Below are positions 10,201-25,600 of a stretch of DNA of 64,000 bases, one piece after another. Both the position numbers and the translations under genes were made by a program. Under the pieces are notes generated by a model that saw only the letters and a program-made list of their open reading frames with translations, was not told the origin of the DNA and searched no databases. This stretch comes from Azolla caroliniana (lineage: Eukaryota > Plantae > Polypodiophyta), in the NCBI GenBank assembly GCA_043228905.1, contig JBHGNT010000057.1, positions 101,292-165,291 on the forward strand. Direction: 5' to 3'. Each line of letters opens with the position of its first letter. Position 1 is the stretch's first letter.

Positions 10201-13200
10201 CCGATATCACACTCGCCAGGTATGAACATTTTAATTTACTCAAGGGTTCCTCTCAACTCCCTCCTCAAATTTGGTAATTTCGTCATGTCTCTCGACCTGA
10301 GTTTCAAAATCTTGATTTTTTAATTCCATATCATAGCTAGCGTTGTTAGCTTCGATTCGCATGTTTGAATACAAAAATCCGATATCACACGAGCCAGGTA
10401 TGAACATTTTAATTTACTCAAGGGCTCCTTTGAACTCCCTCCTCAAATGTGGTAATTTCGTCATGTCTCTCGACCTGAGTTTCAAAATCTTGATTTTTTA
10501 AATTCCATATCATAGCTAGCGTTGTTGGCTTCGATTCGCATGTTTGAATACAAAAATCCGATATCACACGAGCCAGGTATGAACATTTTAATTTACTCAA
10601 GGGCTCCTTTGAACTCCCTCCTCAAATTATGTAATTTCGTCATGTCTCTCGACCTGAGTTTCAAAATCTTAATTTTTTAATTCCAGATGATAGCTAGCGT
10701 TGTTAGCTTCGATTCGCTAGTTGGAACACAAAAATCCGATATCACACGAGCCAAGTATGAACATTTTAATTTACTCAAGGGCTCCTCTCAACTCCCTGCT
10801 CAAATTATGTAATTTCGTCATGTCTCTCGACCTGAGCTTCAAAATCTTGATTTTTTAATTCCATATCATAGCTAGTGTTGTTAGCTTCGATTCGCAAGTT
10901 TGAACACAAAAACCGATATCACACGAGCCAGGTATGAACACATTTTAATTTACTCAAGGGCTCCTCTCAACCTCCCTGCTCAAATTTGGTAATTTCGTCA
11001 TGTCTCTCGACCTGAGTTTCAAAATCTTGATTTTTTAATTCCATATCATAGCTAGCGTTGTTAGCTTCGATTCGCATGTTTGAACACAAAAATCCGATAT
11101 CACACGAGCCAGGTATGAACATTTTAATTTACTCAAGGGCTCCTTTGAACTCCGTGCTCAAATTTGGTAATTTCGTCATGTCTCTCGACCTGAGTTTCAA
11201 AATCTTGATTTTTTAATTCCATATCATAGCTAGCGTTGTTAGCTTCGATTCGCATGTTTGAACACAAAAATCCGATATCACACGAGCCAGGTATGAACAT
11301 TTTAATTTACTCAAGGCCTCCTCTCAACTCCCTGCTCAAATTTGGTAATTTCGTCATGTCTCTCGACCTGAGTTTCAAAATCTTGATTTTTTAAGTCCAT
11401 ATCATAGCTAGCGTTGTTAGCTTCGATTCGCATGTTTGAATACAAAAATCCGATATCACACGAGCCAGGTATGAACATTTTAATTTACTCAAGGGCTCCT
11501 TTGAACTCCCTCCTCAAATGTGGTAATTTCGTCATGTCTCTCGACCTGAGTTTCAAAATCTTGATTTTTTAAGTCCATATCATAGCTAGCGTTGTTAGCT
11601 TCGATTCGCATGTTTGAACACAAAAAACCGATATCACACTCGCCAGGTATGAACATTTTAATTTACTCAAGGGTTCCTCTCAACTCCCTCCTCAAATGTG
11701 GTAATTTCGTCATGTCTCTCGACCTGAGTTTCAAAATCTTGATTTTTTAATTCCATATCATAGCTAGCGTTGTTAGCTTCGATTCGCATGTTTGAACACA
11801 AAAATCCGATATCACACTCGCCAGGTATGAACATTTTAATTTACTCAAGGGTTCCTCTCAACTCCCTCCTCAAATTTGGTAATTTCGTCATGTCTCTCGA
11901 CCTGAGTTTCAAAATCTTGATTTTTTAATTCCATATCATAGCTAGCGTTGTTAGCTTCGATTCGCATGTTTGAATACAAAAATCCGATATCACACGAGCC
12001 AGGTATGAACATTTTAATTTACTCAAGGGCTCCTTTGAAGTCCCTCCTCAACTGTGGTAATTTCGTCATGTCTCTCGACCTGAGTTTCAAAATCTTGATA
12101 TTTTAATTCCATATCATAGCTAGCGTTGTTAGCTTCGATTCGCATGTTTGAACACAAAAATCCGATATCACACGAGCCAGGTATGAACATTTTAATTTAC
12201 CTACTAGCTCTTCTCAAGTCCCTCCTCAAATTATGTAATTTCGTCATGTCTCTCGACCTGAGCTTCAAAATCTTGATTTTTTAATTCCATATCATAGCTA
12301 GTGTTGTTAGCTTCGATTCGCAAGTTTGAACACAAAAATCCGATATCACACGAGCCAGGTATGAACACATTTTAATTTACTCAAGGGCTCCTCTCAACCT
12401 CCCTGCTCAAATTTGGTAATTTCGTCATGTCTCTCGACCTGAGTTTCAAAATCTTGATTTTTTAATTCCATATCATAGCTAGCGTTGTTAGCTTCGATTC
12501 GCATGTTTGAACACAAAAATCCGATATCACACGAGCCAGGTATGAACATTTTAATTTACCTACTAGCTCTTCTCAAGTCCCTCCTCAAATTATGTAATTT
12601 CGTCATGTCTCTCGACCTGAGCTTCAAAATCTTGATTTTTTAATTCCATATCATAGCTAGTGTTGTTAGCTTCGATTCGCAAGTTTGAACACAAAAATCC
12701 GATATCACACGAGCCAGGTATGAACACATTTTAATTTACTCAAGGGCTCCTCTCAACCTCCCTGCTCAAATTTGGTAATTTCGTCATGTCTCTCGACCTG
12801 AGTTTCAAAATCTTGATTTTTTAATTCCATATCATAGCTAGCGTTGTTAGCTTCGATTCGCATGTTTGAACACAAAAATCCGATATCACACGAGCCAGGT
12901 ATGAACATTTTAATTTACTCAAGGGCTCCTTTGAACTCCCTCCTCAAATGTGGTAATTTCGTCATGTCTCTCGACCTGAGTTTCAAAATCTTGATTTTTT
13001 AATTCCATATCATAGCTAGCGTTGTTAGCTTCGATTCGCATGTTTGAACACAAAAATCCGATATCACACGAGCCAGGTATGAACATTTTAATTTACTCAA
13101 GGCCTCCTCTCAACTCCCTGCTCAAATTTGGTAATTTCGTCATGTCTCTCGACCTGAGTTTCAAAATCTTGATTTTTTAAGTCCATATCATAGCTAGCGT

Positions 13201-16200
13201 TGTTAGCTTCGATTCGCATGTTTGAATACAAAAATCCGATATCACACGAGCCAGGTATGAACATTTTAATTTACTCAAGGGCTCCTTTGAACTCCCTCCT
13301 CAAATGTGGTAATTTCGTCATGTCTCTCGACCTGAGTTTCAAAATCTTGATTTTTTAAATTCCATATCATAGCTAGCGTTGTTGGCTTCGATTCGCATGT
13401 TTGAATACAAAAATCCGATATCACACGAGCCAGGTATGAACATTTTAATTTACTCAAGGGCTCCTTTGAACTCCCTCCTCAAATTATGTAATTTCGTCAT
13501 GTCTCTCGACCTGAGTTTCAAAATCTTAATTTTTTAATTCCAGATGATAGCTAGCGTTGTTAGCTTCGATTCGCTAGTTGGAACACAAAAATCCGATATC
13601 ACACGAGCCAAGTATGAACATTTTAATTTACTCAAGGGCTCCTCTCAACTCCCTGCTCAAATTATGTAATTTCGTCATGTCTCTCGACCTGAGTTTCAAA
13701 ATCTTGATATTTTAATTGCATATGATAGCTAGCGTTGTTAGCTTCGATTCGCATGTTTGAACACAAAAATCCGATATCACACTCGCCAGGTATGAACATT
13801 TTAATTTACTCAAGGGTTCCTCTCAACTCCCTCCTCAAATGTGGTAATTTCGTCATGTCTCTCGACTTGAGTTTTAAAATCTTGATTTTTTAATTCCATA
13901 TCATAGCTAGCGTTGTTAGCTTCGATTCGCAAGTTTGAACACAAAAATCCGATATCACACGAGCCAGGTATGAACATTTTAATTTACCTACTAGCTCTTC
14001 TCAACTCATTCCTCAAATTTGGTAATTTCGTCATGTCTCTCGACCTGAGTTTCAAAATCTTGTTTTTTTAATTCCATATCATAGCTAGCATTGTTATCTT
14101 CGATTCGCATGTTTGAACACACAAATCCGATATCACACTCGCCAGGTATGAACATTTTAATTTACTCAAGAGCTCTTGTGAACTCCCTCCTCAAATGTGG
14201 TAATTTCGTCATGTCTCTCGACCTGAGTTTCAAAAGCTTGATTTTTTAATTCCATATCATAGCTAGCGTTGTTAGCTTCGATTCGCATGTTTGAATACAA
14301 AAATCCGATATCACACGAGCCAGGTATGAACATTTTAATTTACTCAAGGGCTCCTTTGAACTCCCTCCTCAAATGTGGTAATTTCGTCATGTCTCTCGAC
14401 CTGAGTTTCAAAATCTTGATTTTTTAAGTCCATATCATAGCTAGCGTTGTTAGCTTCGATTCGCATGTTTGAACACAAAAATCCGATATCACACGAGCCA
14501 GGTATGAACATTTTAATTTACTCAAGGGTTCCTCTCAACTCCCTCCTCAAATTTGGTAATTTCGTCATGTCTCTCGACCTGAGTTTCAAAATCTTGATTT
14601 TTTAATTCCATATCATAGCTAGCGTTGTTAGCTTCGATTCGCATGTTTGAATACAAAAATCCGATATCACACGAGCCAGGTATGAACATTTTAATTTACT
14701 CAAGGGCTCCTTTGAACTCCCTCCTCAAATGTGGTAATTTCGTCATGTCTCTCGACCTGAGTTTCAAAATCTTGATTTTTTAAATTCCATATCATAGCTA
14801 GCGTTGTTGGCTTCGATTCGCATGTTTGAATACAAAAATCCGATATCACACGAGCCAGGTATGAACATTTTAATTTACTCAAGGGCTCCTTTGAACTCCC
14901 TCCTCAAATTATGTAATTTCGTCATGTCTCTCGACCTGAGTTTCAAAATCTTAATTTTTTAATTCCAGATGATAGCTAGCGTTGTTAGCTTCGATTCGCT
15001 AGTTGGAACACAAAAATCCGATATCACACGAGCCAAGTATGAACATTTTAATTTACTCAAGGGCTCCTCTCAACTCCCTGCTCAAATTATGTAATTTCGT
15101 CATGTCTCTCGACCTGATTTTCAAAATCTTGATATTTTAATTGCATATGATAGCTAGCGTTGTTAGCTTCGATTCGCATGTTTGAACACAAAAATCCGAT
15201 ATCACACTCGCCAGGTATGAACATTTTAATTTACTCAAGGGTTCCTCTCAACTCCCTCCTCAAATTTGGTAATTTCGTCATGTCTCTCGACTTGAGTTTT
15301 AAAATCTTGATTTTTTAATTCCATATCATAGCTAGCGTTGTTAGCTTCGATTCGCAAGTTTGAACACAAAAATCCGATATCACACGAGCCAGGTATGAAC
15401 ATTTTAATTTACCTACTAGCTCTTCTCAACTCATTCCTCAAATTTGGTAATTTCGTCATGTCTCTCGACCTGAGTTTCAAAATCTTGTTTTTTTAATTCC
15501 ATATCATAGCTAGCATTGTTATCTTCGATTCGCATGTTTGAACACACAAATCCGATATCACACTCGCCAGGTATGAACATTTTAATTTACTCAAGAGCTC
15601 TTGTGAACTCCCTCCTCAAATGTGGTAATTTCGTCATGTCTCTCGACCTGAGTTTCAAAAGCTTGATTTTTTAATTCCATATCATAGCTAGCGTTGTTAG
15701 CTTCGATTCGCATGTTTGAATACAAAAATCCGATATCACACGAGCCAGGTATGAACATTTTAATTTACTCAAGGGCTCCTTTGAACTCCCTCCTCAAATG
15801 TGGTAATTTCGTCATGTCTCTCGACCTGAGTTTCAAAATCTTGATTTTTTAAGTCCATATCATAGCTAGCGTTGTTAGCTTCGATTCGCATGTTTGAACA
15901 CAAAAATCCGATATCACACGAGCCAGGTATGAACATTTTAATTTACTCAAGGGTTCCTCTCAACTCCCTCCTCAAATTTGGTAATTTCGTCATGTCTCTC
16001 GACCTGAGTTTCAAAATCTTGATTTTTTAATTCCATATCATAGCTAGCGTTGTTAGCTTCGATTCGCATGTTTGAATACAAAAATCCGATATCACACGAG
16101 CCAGGTATGAACATTTTAATTTACTCAAGGGCTCCTTTGAACTCCCTCCTCAAATGTGGTAATTTCGTCATGTCTCTCGACCTGAGTTTCAAAATCTTGA

Positions 16201-17299
16201 TTTTTTAATTCCATATCATAGCTAGCGTTGTTAGCTTCGATTCGCATGTTTGAACACAAAAAACCGATATCACACTCGCCAGGTATGAACATTTTAATTT
16301 ACTCAAGGGTTCCTCTCAACTCCCTCCTCAAATTTGGTAATTTCGTCATGTCTCTCGACCTGAGTTTCAAAATCTTGATTTTTTAATTCCATATCATAGC
16401 TAGCGTTGTTAGCTTCGATTCGCATGTTTGAATACAAAAATCCGATATCACACGAGCCAGGTATGAACATTTTAATTTACTCAAGGGCTCCTTTGAACTC
16501 CCTCCTCAAATGTGGTAATTTCGTCATGTCTCTCGACCTGAGTTTCAAAATCTTGATTTTTTAATTCCATATCATAGCTAGCGTTGTTAGCTTCGATTCG
16601 CATGTTTGAACACAAAAATCCGATATCACACGAGCCAGGTATGAACATTTTAATTTACTCAAGGGCTCCTTTGAACTCCCTCCTCAAATGTGGTAATTTC
16701 GTCATGTCTCTCGACCTGAGTTTCATAATCTTGATTTTTTAATTCCATATCATAGCTAGCGTTGTTAGCTTCGATTCGCATGTTTGAACACAAAAATCCG
16801 ATATCACACGAGCCAGGTATGAACATTTTAATTTACTCAAGGCCTCCTCTCAACTCCCTGCTCAAATTTGGTAATTTCGTCATGTCTCTCGACCTGAGTT
16901 TCAAAATCTTGATTTTTTAAGTCCATATCATAGCTAGCGTTGTTAGCTTCGATTCGCATGTTTGAATACAAAAATCCGATATCACACGAGCCAGGTATGA
17001 ACATTTTAATTTACTCAAGGGCTCCTTTGAACTCCCTCCTCAAATGTGGTAATTTCGTCATGTCTCTCGACCTGAGTTTCAAAATCTTGATTTTTTAAGT
17101 CCATATCATAGCTAGCGTTGTTAGCTTCGATTCGCATGTTTGAACACAAAAAACCGATATCACACTCGCCAGGTATGAACATTTTAATTTACTCAAGGGT
17201 TCCTCTCAACTCCCTCCTCAAATTTGGTAATTTCGTCATGTCTCTCGACCTGAGTTTCAAAATCTTGATTTTTTAATTCCATATCATAGCTAGCGTTGT
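2251..17299. repeat. Tandem duplication of a 7487-bp (42-monomer) unit, two copies
   Basis: Private variants recur at exactly +7487: GTAAGC (2326/9813), CCGTGC (3667/11154), TTCATAATC (9239/16726). Marker ORFs pair as 2931/10418, 5788/13275 and 7213/14700. Confidence 0.93.
5788..8637. repeat. Tandem pair of the 8-monomer (1425-bp) left-domain HOR cassette, repeated at 13275-16124
   Basis: Marker ORFs 5788 and 7213 are 1425 bp apart (8x178+1). Ordered variants: GTTGTTGG > GCTAGTTGG/CCAAGT > GCATATGA > CTTGAGTTTTA > CTACTAG/GCATTGTTATC > GAGCTCTTGTG/AAAGCTT. Confidence 0.88.
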
Positions 17300-19699
17300 T
17301 AGCTTCGATTCGCATGTTTGAATACAAAAATCCGATATCACACGAGCCAGGTATGAACATTTTAATTTACTCAAGGGCTCCTTTGAACTCCCTCCTCAAA
17401 TGTGGTAATTTCGTCATGTCTCTCGACCTGAGTTTCAAAATCTTGATTTTTTAAATTCCATATCATAGCTAGCGTTGTTGGCTTCGATTCGCATGTTTGA
17501 ATACAAAAATCCGATATCACACGAGCCAGGTATGAACATTTTAATTTACTCAAGGGCTCCTTTGAACTCCCTCCTCAAATTATGTAATTTCGTCATGTCT
17601 CTCGACCTGAGTTTCAAAATCTTAATTTTTTAATTCCAGATGATAGCTAGCGTTGTTAGCTTCGATTCGCTAGTTGGAACACAAAAATCCGATATCACAC
17701 GAGCCAAGTATGAACATTTTAATTTACTCAAGGGCTCCTCTCAACTCCCTGCTCAAATTATGTAATTTCGTCATGTCTCTCGACCTGAGTTTCAAAATCT
17801 TGATATTTTAATTGCATATGATAGCTAGCGTTGTTAGCTTCGATTCGCATGTTTGAACACAAAAATCCGATATCACACTCGCCAGGTATGAACATTTTAA
17901 TTTACTCAAGGGTTCCTCTCAACTCCCTCCTCAAATTTGGTAATTTCGTCATGTCTCTCGACTTGAGTTTTAAAATCTTGATTTTTTAATTCCATATCAT
18001 AGCTAGCGTTGTTAGCTTCGATTCGCAAGTTTGAACACAAAAATCCGATATCACACGAGCCAGGTATGAACATTTTAATTTACCTACTAGCTCTTCTCAA
18101 CTCATTCCTCAAATTTGGTAATTTCGTCATGTCTCTCGACCTGAGTTTCAAAATCTTGTTTTTTTAATTCCATATCATAGCTAGCATTGTTATCTTCGAT
18201 TCGCATGTTTGAACACACAAATCCGATATCACACTCGCCAGGTATGAACATTTTAATTTACTCAAGAGCTCTTGTGAACTCCCTCCTCAAATGTGGTAAT
18301 TTCGTCATGTCTCTCGACCTGAGTTTCAAAAGCTTGATTTTTTAATTCCATATCATAGCTAGCGTTGTTAGCTTCGATTCGCATGTTTGAATACAAAAAT
18401 CCGATATCACACGAGCCAGGTATGAACATTTTAATTTACTCAAGGGCTCCTTTGAACTCCCTCCTCAAATGTGGTAATTTCGTCATGTCTCTCGACCTGA
18501 GTTTCAAAATCTTGATTTTTTAAGTCCATATCATAGCTAGCGTTGTTAGCTTCGATTCGCATGTTTGAACACAAAAATCCGATATCACACGAGCCAGGTA
18601 TGAACATTTTAATTTACTCAAGGGTTCCTCTCAACTCCCTCCTCAAATTTGGTAATTTCGTCATGTCTCTCGACCTGAGTTTCAAAATCTTGATTTTTTA
18701 ATTCCATATCATAGCTAGCGTTGTTAGCTTCGATTCGCATGTTTGAATACAAAAATCCGATATCACACGAGCCAGGTATGAACATTTTAATTTACTCAAG
18801 GGCTCCTTTGAAGTCCCTCCTCAACTGTGGTAATTTCGTCATGTCTCTCGACCTGAGTTTCAGAATCTTGATTTTTTAAGTCCATATCATAGCTAGCGTT
18901 GTTAGCTTCGATTCGCATGTTTGAACACAAAAAACCGATATCACACTCGCCAGGTATGAACATTTTAATTTACTCAAGGGTTCCTCTCAACTCCCTCCTC
19001 AAATTTGGTAATTTCGTCATGTCTCTCGACCTGAGTTTCAAAATCTTGATTTTTTAATTCCATATCATAGCTAGCGTTGTTAGCTTCGATTCGCATGTTT
19101 GAATACAAAAATCCGATATCACACGAGCCAGGTATGAACATTTTAATTTACTCAAGGGCTCCTTTGAACTCCCTCCTCAAATGTGGTAATTTCGTCATGT
19201 CTCTCGACCTGAGTTTCAAAATCTTGATTTTTTAAATTCCATATCATAGCTAGCGTTGTTGGCTTCGATTCGCATGTTTGAATACAAAAATCCGATATCA
19301 CACGAGCCAGGTATGAACATTTTAATTTACTCAAGGGCTCCTTTGAACTCCCTCCTCAAATTATGTAATTTCGTCATGTCTCTCGACCTGAGTTTCAAAA
19401 TCTTAATTTTTTAATTCCAGATGATAGCTAGCGTTGTTAGCTTCGATTCGCTAGTTGGAACACAAAAATCCGATATCACACGAGCCAAGTATGAACATTT
19501 TAATTTACTCAAGGGCTCCTCTCAACTCCCTGCTCAAATTATGTAATTTCGTCATGTCTCTCGACCTGAGTTTCAAAATCTTGATATTTTAATTGCATAT
19601 GATAGCTAGCGTTGTTAGCTTCGATTCGCAAGTTTGAACACAAAAATCCGATATCACACGAGCCAGGTATGAACATTTTAATTTACTCAAGGCCTCCTC

Positions 19700-22600
19700 T
19701 CAACTCCCTGCTCAAATTTGGTAATTTCGTCATGTCTCTCGACCTGAGTTTCAAAATCTTGATTTTTTAAGTCCATATCATAGCTAGCGTTGTTAGCTTC
19801 GATTCGCATGTTTGAATACAAAAATCCGATATCACACGAGCCAGGTATGAACATTTTAATTTACTCAAGGGCTCCTTTGAACTCCCTCCTCAAATGTGGT
19901 AATTTCGTCATGTCTCTCGACCTGAGTTTCAAAATCTTGATTTTTTAAGTCCATATCATAGCTAGCGTTGTTAGCTTCGATTCGCATGTTTGAACACAAA
20001 AAACCGATATCACACTCGCCAGGTATGAACATTTTAATTTACTCAAGGGTTCCTCTCAACTCCCTCCTCAAATTTGGTAATTTCGTCATGTCTCTCGACC
20101 GGAGTTTCAAAATCTTGATTTTTTAATTCCATATCATAGCTAGCGTTGTTAGCTTCGATTCGCATGTTTGAATACAAAAATCCGATATCACACGAGCCAG
20201 GTATGAACATTTTAATTTACTCAAGGGCTCCTTTGAACTCCCTCCTCAAATGTGGTAATTTCGTCATGTCTCTCGACCTGAGTTTCAAAATCTTGATTTT
20301 TTAAATTCCATATCATAGCTAGCGTTGTTGGCTTCGATTCGCATGTTTGAATACAAAAATCCGATATCACACGAGCCAGGTATGAACATTTTAATTTACT
20401 CAAGGGCTCCTTTGAACTCCCTCCTCAAATTATGTAATTTCGTCATGTCTCTCGACCTGAGTTTCAAAATCTTAATTTTTTAATTCCAGATGATAGCTAG
20501 CGTTGTTCGCTTCGATTCGCTAGTTGGAACACAAAAATCCGATATCACACGAGCCAAGTATGAACATTTTAATTTACTCAAGGGCTCCTCTCAACTCCCT
20601 GCTCAAATTATGTAATTTCGTCATGTCTCTCGACCTGATTTTCAAAATCTTGATATTTTAATTGCATATGATAGCTAGCGTTGTTAGCTTCGATTCGCAT
20701 GTTTGAACACAAAAATCCGATATCACACTCGCCAGGTATGAACATTTTAATTTACTCAAGGGTTCCTCTCAACTCCCTCCTCAAATTTGGTAATTTCGTC
20801 ATGTCTCTCGACTTGAGTTTTAAAATCTTGATTTTTTAATTCCATATCATAGCTAGCGTTGTTAGCTTCGATTCGCAAGTTTGAACACAAAAATCCGATA
20901 TCACACGAGCCAGGTATGAACATATTTTAATTTACTCAAGGGCTCCTCTCAACTGAGTCCTCAAATTTGGTAATTTCGTCATGTCTCTCGACCTGAGTTT
21001 CAAAATCTTGATTTTTTAATTCCATATCATAGCTAGCGTTGTTAGCTTCGATTCGCAAGTTTGAACACAAAAATCCGATATCACACGAGCCAGGTATGAA
21101 CATTTTAATTTACCTACTAGCTCTTCTCAACTCATTCCTCAAATTTGGTAATTTCGTCATGTCTCTCGACCTGAGTTTCAAAATCTTGTTTTTTTAATTC
21201 CATATCATAGCTAGCATTGTTATCTTCGATTCGCATGTTTGAACACACAAATCCGATATCACACTCGCCAGGTATGAACATTTTAATTTACTCAAGAGCT
21301 CTTGTGAACTCCCTCCTCAAATGTGGTAATTTCGTCATGTCTCTCGACCTGAGTTTCAAAAGCTTGATTTTTTAATTCCATATCATAGCTAGCGTTGTTA
21401 GCTTCGATTCGCATGTTTGAATACAAAAATCCGATATCACACGAGCCAGGTATGAACATTTTAATTTACTCAAGGGCTCCTTTGAACTCCCTCCTCAAAT
21501 GTGGTAATTTCGTCATGTCTCTCGACCTGAGTTTCAAAATCTTGATTTTTTAAGTCCATATCATAGCTAGCGTTGTTAGCTTCGATTCGCATGTTTGAAT
21601 ACAAAAATCCGATATCACACGAGCCAGGTATGAACATTTTAATTTACTCAAGGGCTCCTTTGAACTCCCTCCTCAAATGTGGTAATTTCGTCATGTCTCT
21701 CGACCTGAGTTTCAGAATCTTGATTTTTTAAGTCCATATCATAGCTAGCGTTGTTAGCTTCGATTCGCATGTTTGAACACAAAAATCCGATATCACACGA
21801 GCCAGGTATGAACATTTTAATTTACCTACTAGCTCTTCTCAAGTCCCTCCTCAAATTATGTAATTTCGTCATGTCTCTCGACCTGAGCTTCAAAATCTTG
21901 ATTTTTTAATTCCATATCATAGCTAGTGTTGTTAGCTTCGATTCGCAAGTTTGAACACAAAAATCCGATATCACACGAGCCAGGTATGAACACATTTTAA
22001 TTTACTCAAGGGCTCCTCTCAACCTCCCTGCTCAAATTTGGTAATTTCGTCATGTCTCTCGACCTGAGTTTCAAAATCTTGATTTTTTAAGTCCATATCA
22101 TAGCTAGCGTTGTTAGCTTCGATTCGCATGTTTGAATACAAAAATCCGATATCACACGAGCCAGGTATGAACATTTTAATTTACTCAAGGGCTCCTTTGA
22201 ACTCCCTCCTCAAATGTGGTAATTTCGTCATGTCTCTCGACCTGAGTTTCAAAATCTTGATTTTTTAAATTCCATATCATAGCTAGCGTTGTTGGCTTCG
22301 ATTCGCATGTTTGAATACAAAAATCCGATATCACACGAGCCAGGTATGAACATTTTAATTTACTCAAGGGCTCCTTTGAACTCCCTCCTCAAATGTGGTA
22401 ATTTCGTCATGTCTCTCGACCTGAGTTTCAAAATCTTGATTTTTTAATTCCATATCATAGCTAGCGTTGTTAGCTTCGATTCGCATGTTTGAACACAAAA
22501 ATCCGATATCACACGAGCCAGGTATGAACATTTTAATTTACTCAAGGGCTCCTTTGAACTCCCTCCTCAAATGTGGTAATTTCGTCATGTCTCTCGACCT

Positions 22601-25600
22601 GAGTTTCAAAATCTTGATTTTTTAATTCCATATCATAGCTAGCGTTGTTAGCTTCGATTCGCATGTTTGAACACAAAAATCCGATATCACACGAGCCAGG
22701 TATGAACATTTTAATTTACTCAAGGCCTCCTCTCAACTCCCTGCTCAAATTTGGTAATTTCGTCATGTCTCTCGACCTGAGTTTCAAAATCTTGATTTTT
22801 TAAGTCCATATCATAGCTAGCGTTGTTAGCTTCGATTCGCATGTTTGAATACAAAAATCCGATATCACACGAGCCAGGTATGAACATTTTAATTTACTCA
22901 AGGGCTCCTTTGAACTCCCTCCTCAAATGTGGTAATTTCGTCATGTCTCTCGACCTGAGTTTCAAAATCTTGATTTTTTAAGTCCATATCATAGCTAGCG
23001 TTGTTAGCTTCGATTCGCATGTTTGAACACAAAAAACCGATATCACACTCGCCAGGTATGAACATTTTAATTTACTCAAGGGTTCCTCTCAACTCCCTCC
23101 TCAAATTTGGTAATTTCGTCATGTCTCTCGACCGGAGTTTCAAAATCTTGATTTTTTAATTCCATATCATAGCTAGCGTTGTTAGCTTCGATTCGCATGT
23201 TTGAATACAAAAATCCGATATCACACGAGCCAGGTATGAACATTTTAATTTACTCAAGGGCTCCTTTGAACTCCCTCCTCAAATGTGGTAATTTCGTCAT
23301 GTCTCTCGACCTGAGTTTCAAAATCTTGATTTTTTAAATTCCATATCATAGCTAGCGTTGTTGGCTTCGATTCGCATGTTTGAATACAAAAATCCGATAT
23401 CACACGAGCCAGGTATGAACATTTTAATTTACTCAAGGGCTCCTTTGAACTCCCTCCTCAAATTATGTAATTTCGTCATGTCTCTCGACCTGAGTTTCAA
23501 AATCTTAATTTTTTAATTCCAGATGATAGCTAGCGTTGTTCGCTTCGATTCGCTAGTTGGAACACAAAAATCCGATATCACACGAGCCAAGTATGAACAT
23601 TTTAATTTACTCAAGGGCTCCTCTCAACTCCCTGCTCAAATTATGTAATTTCGTCATGTCTCTCGACCTGATTTTCAAAATCTTGATATTTTAATTGCAT
23701 ATGATAGCTAGCGTTGTTAGCTTCGATTCGCATGTTTGAACACAAAAATCCGATATCACACTCGCCAGGTATGAACATTTTAATTTACTCAAGGGTTCCT
23801 CTCAACTCCCTCCTCAAATTTGGTAATTTCGTCATGTCTCTCGACTTGAGTTTTAAAATCTTGATTTTTTAATTCCATATCATAGCTAGCGTTGTTAGCT
23901 TCGATTCGCAAGTTTGAACACAAAAATCCGATATCACACGAGCCAGGTATGAACATATTTTAATTTACTCAAGGGCTCCTCTCAACTGAGTCCTCAAATT
24001 TGGTAATTTCGTCATGTCTCTCGACCTGAGTTTCAAAATCTTGATTTTTTAATTCCATATCATAGCTAGCGTTGTTAGCTTCGATTCGCAAGTTTGAACA
24101 CAAAAATCCGATATCACACGAGCCAGGTATGAACATTTTAATTTACCTACTAGCTCTTCTCAACTCATTCCTCAAATTTGGTAATTTCGTCATGTCTCTC
24201 GACCTGAGTTTCAAAATCTTGTTTTTTTAATTCCATATCATAGCTAGCATTGTTATCTTCGATTCGCATGTTTGAACACACAAATCCGATATCACACTCG
24301 CCAGGTATGAACATTTTAATTTACTCAAGAGCTCTTGTGAACTCCCTCCTCAAATGTGGTAATTTCGTCATGTCTCTCGACCTGAGTTTCAAAAGCTTGA
24401 TTTTTTAATTCCATATCATAGCTAGCGTTGTTAGCTTCGATTCGCATGTTTGAATACAAAAATCCGATATCACACGAGCCAGGTATGAACATTTTAATTT
24501 ACTCAAGGGCTCCTTTGAACTCCCTCCTCAAATGTGGTAATTTCGTCATGTCTCTCGACCTGAGTTTCAAAATCTTGATTTTTTAAGTCCATATCATAGC
24601 TAGCGTTGTTAGCTTCGATTCGCATGTTTGAACACAAAAATCCGATATCACACGAGCCAGGTATGAACATTTTAATTTACTCAAGGGTTCCTCTCAACTC
24701 CCTCCTCAAATTTGGTAATTTCGTCATGTCTCTCGACCTGAGTTTCAAAATCTTGATTTTTTAATTCCATATCATAGCTAGCGTTGTTAGCTTCGATTCG
24801 CATGTTTGAATACAAAAATCCGATATCACACGAGCCAGGTATGAACATTTTAATTTACTCAAGGGCTCCTTTGAAGTCCCTCCTCAACTGTGGTAATTTC
24901 GTCATGTCTCTCGACCTGAGTTTCAAAATCTTGATATTTTAATTCCATATCATAGCTAGCGTTGTTAGCTTCGATTCGCATGTTTGAACACAAAAATCCG
25001 ATATCACACGAGCCAGGTATGAACATTTTAATTTACCTACTAGCTCTTCTCAAGTCCCTCCTCAAATTATGTAATTTCGTCATGTCTCTCGACCTGAGCT
25101 TCAAAATCTTGATTTTTTAATTCCATATCATAGCTAGTGTTGTTAGCTTCGATTCGCAAGTTTGAACACAAAAATCCGATATCACACGAGCCAGGTATGA
25201 ACACATTTTAATTTACTCAAGGGCTCCTCTCAACCTCCCTGCTCAAATTTGGTAATTTCGTCATGTCTCTCGACCTGAGTTTCAAAATCTTGATTTTTTA
25301 AGTCCATATCATAGCTAGCGTTGTTAGCTTCGATTCGCATGTTTGAATACAAAAATCCGATATCACACGAGCCAGGTATGAACATTTTAATTTACTCAAG
25401 GGCTCCTTTGAACTCCCTCCTCAAATGTGGTAATTTCGTCATGTCTCTCGACCTGAGTTTCAAAATCTTGATTTTTTAAATTCCATATCATAGCTAGCGT
25501 TGTTGGCTTCGATTCGCATGTTTGAATACAAAAATCCGATATCACACGAGCCAGGTATGAACATTTTAATTTACTCAAGGGCTCCTTTGAACTCCCTCCT

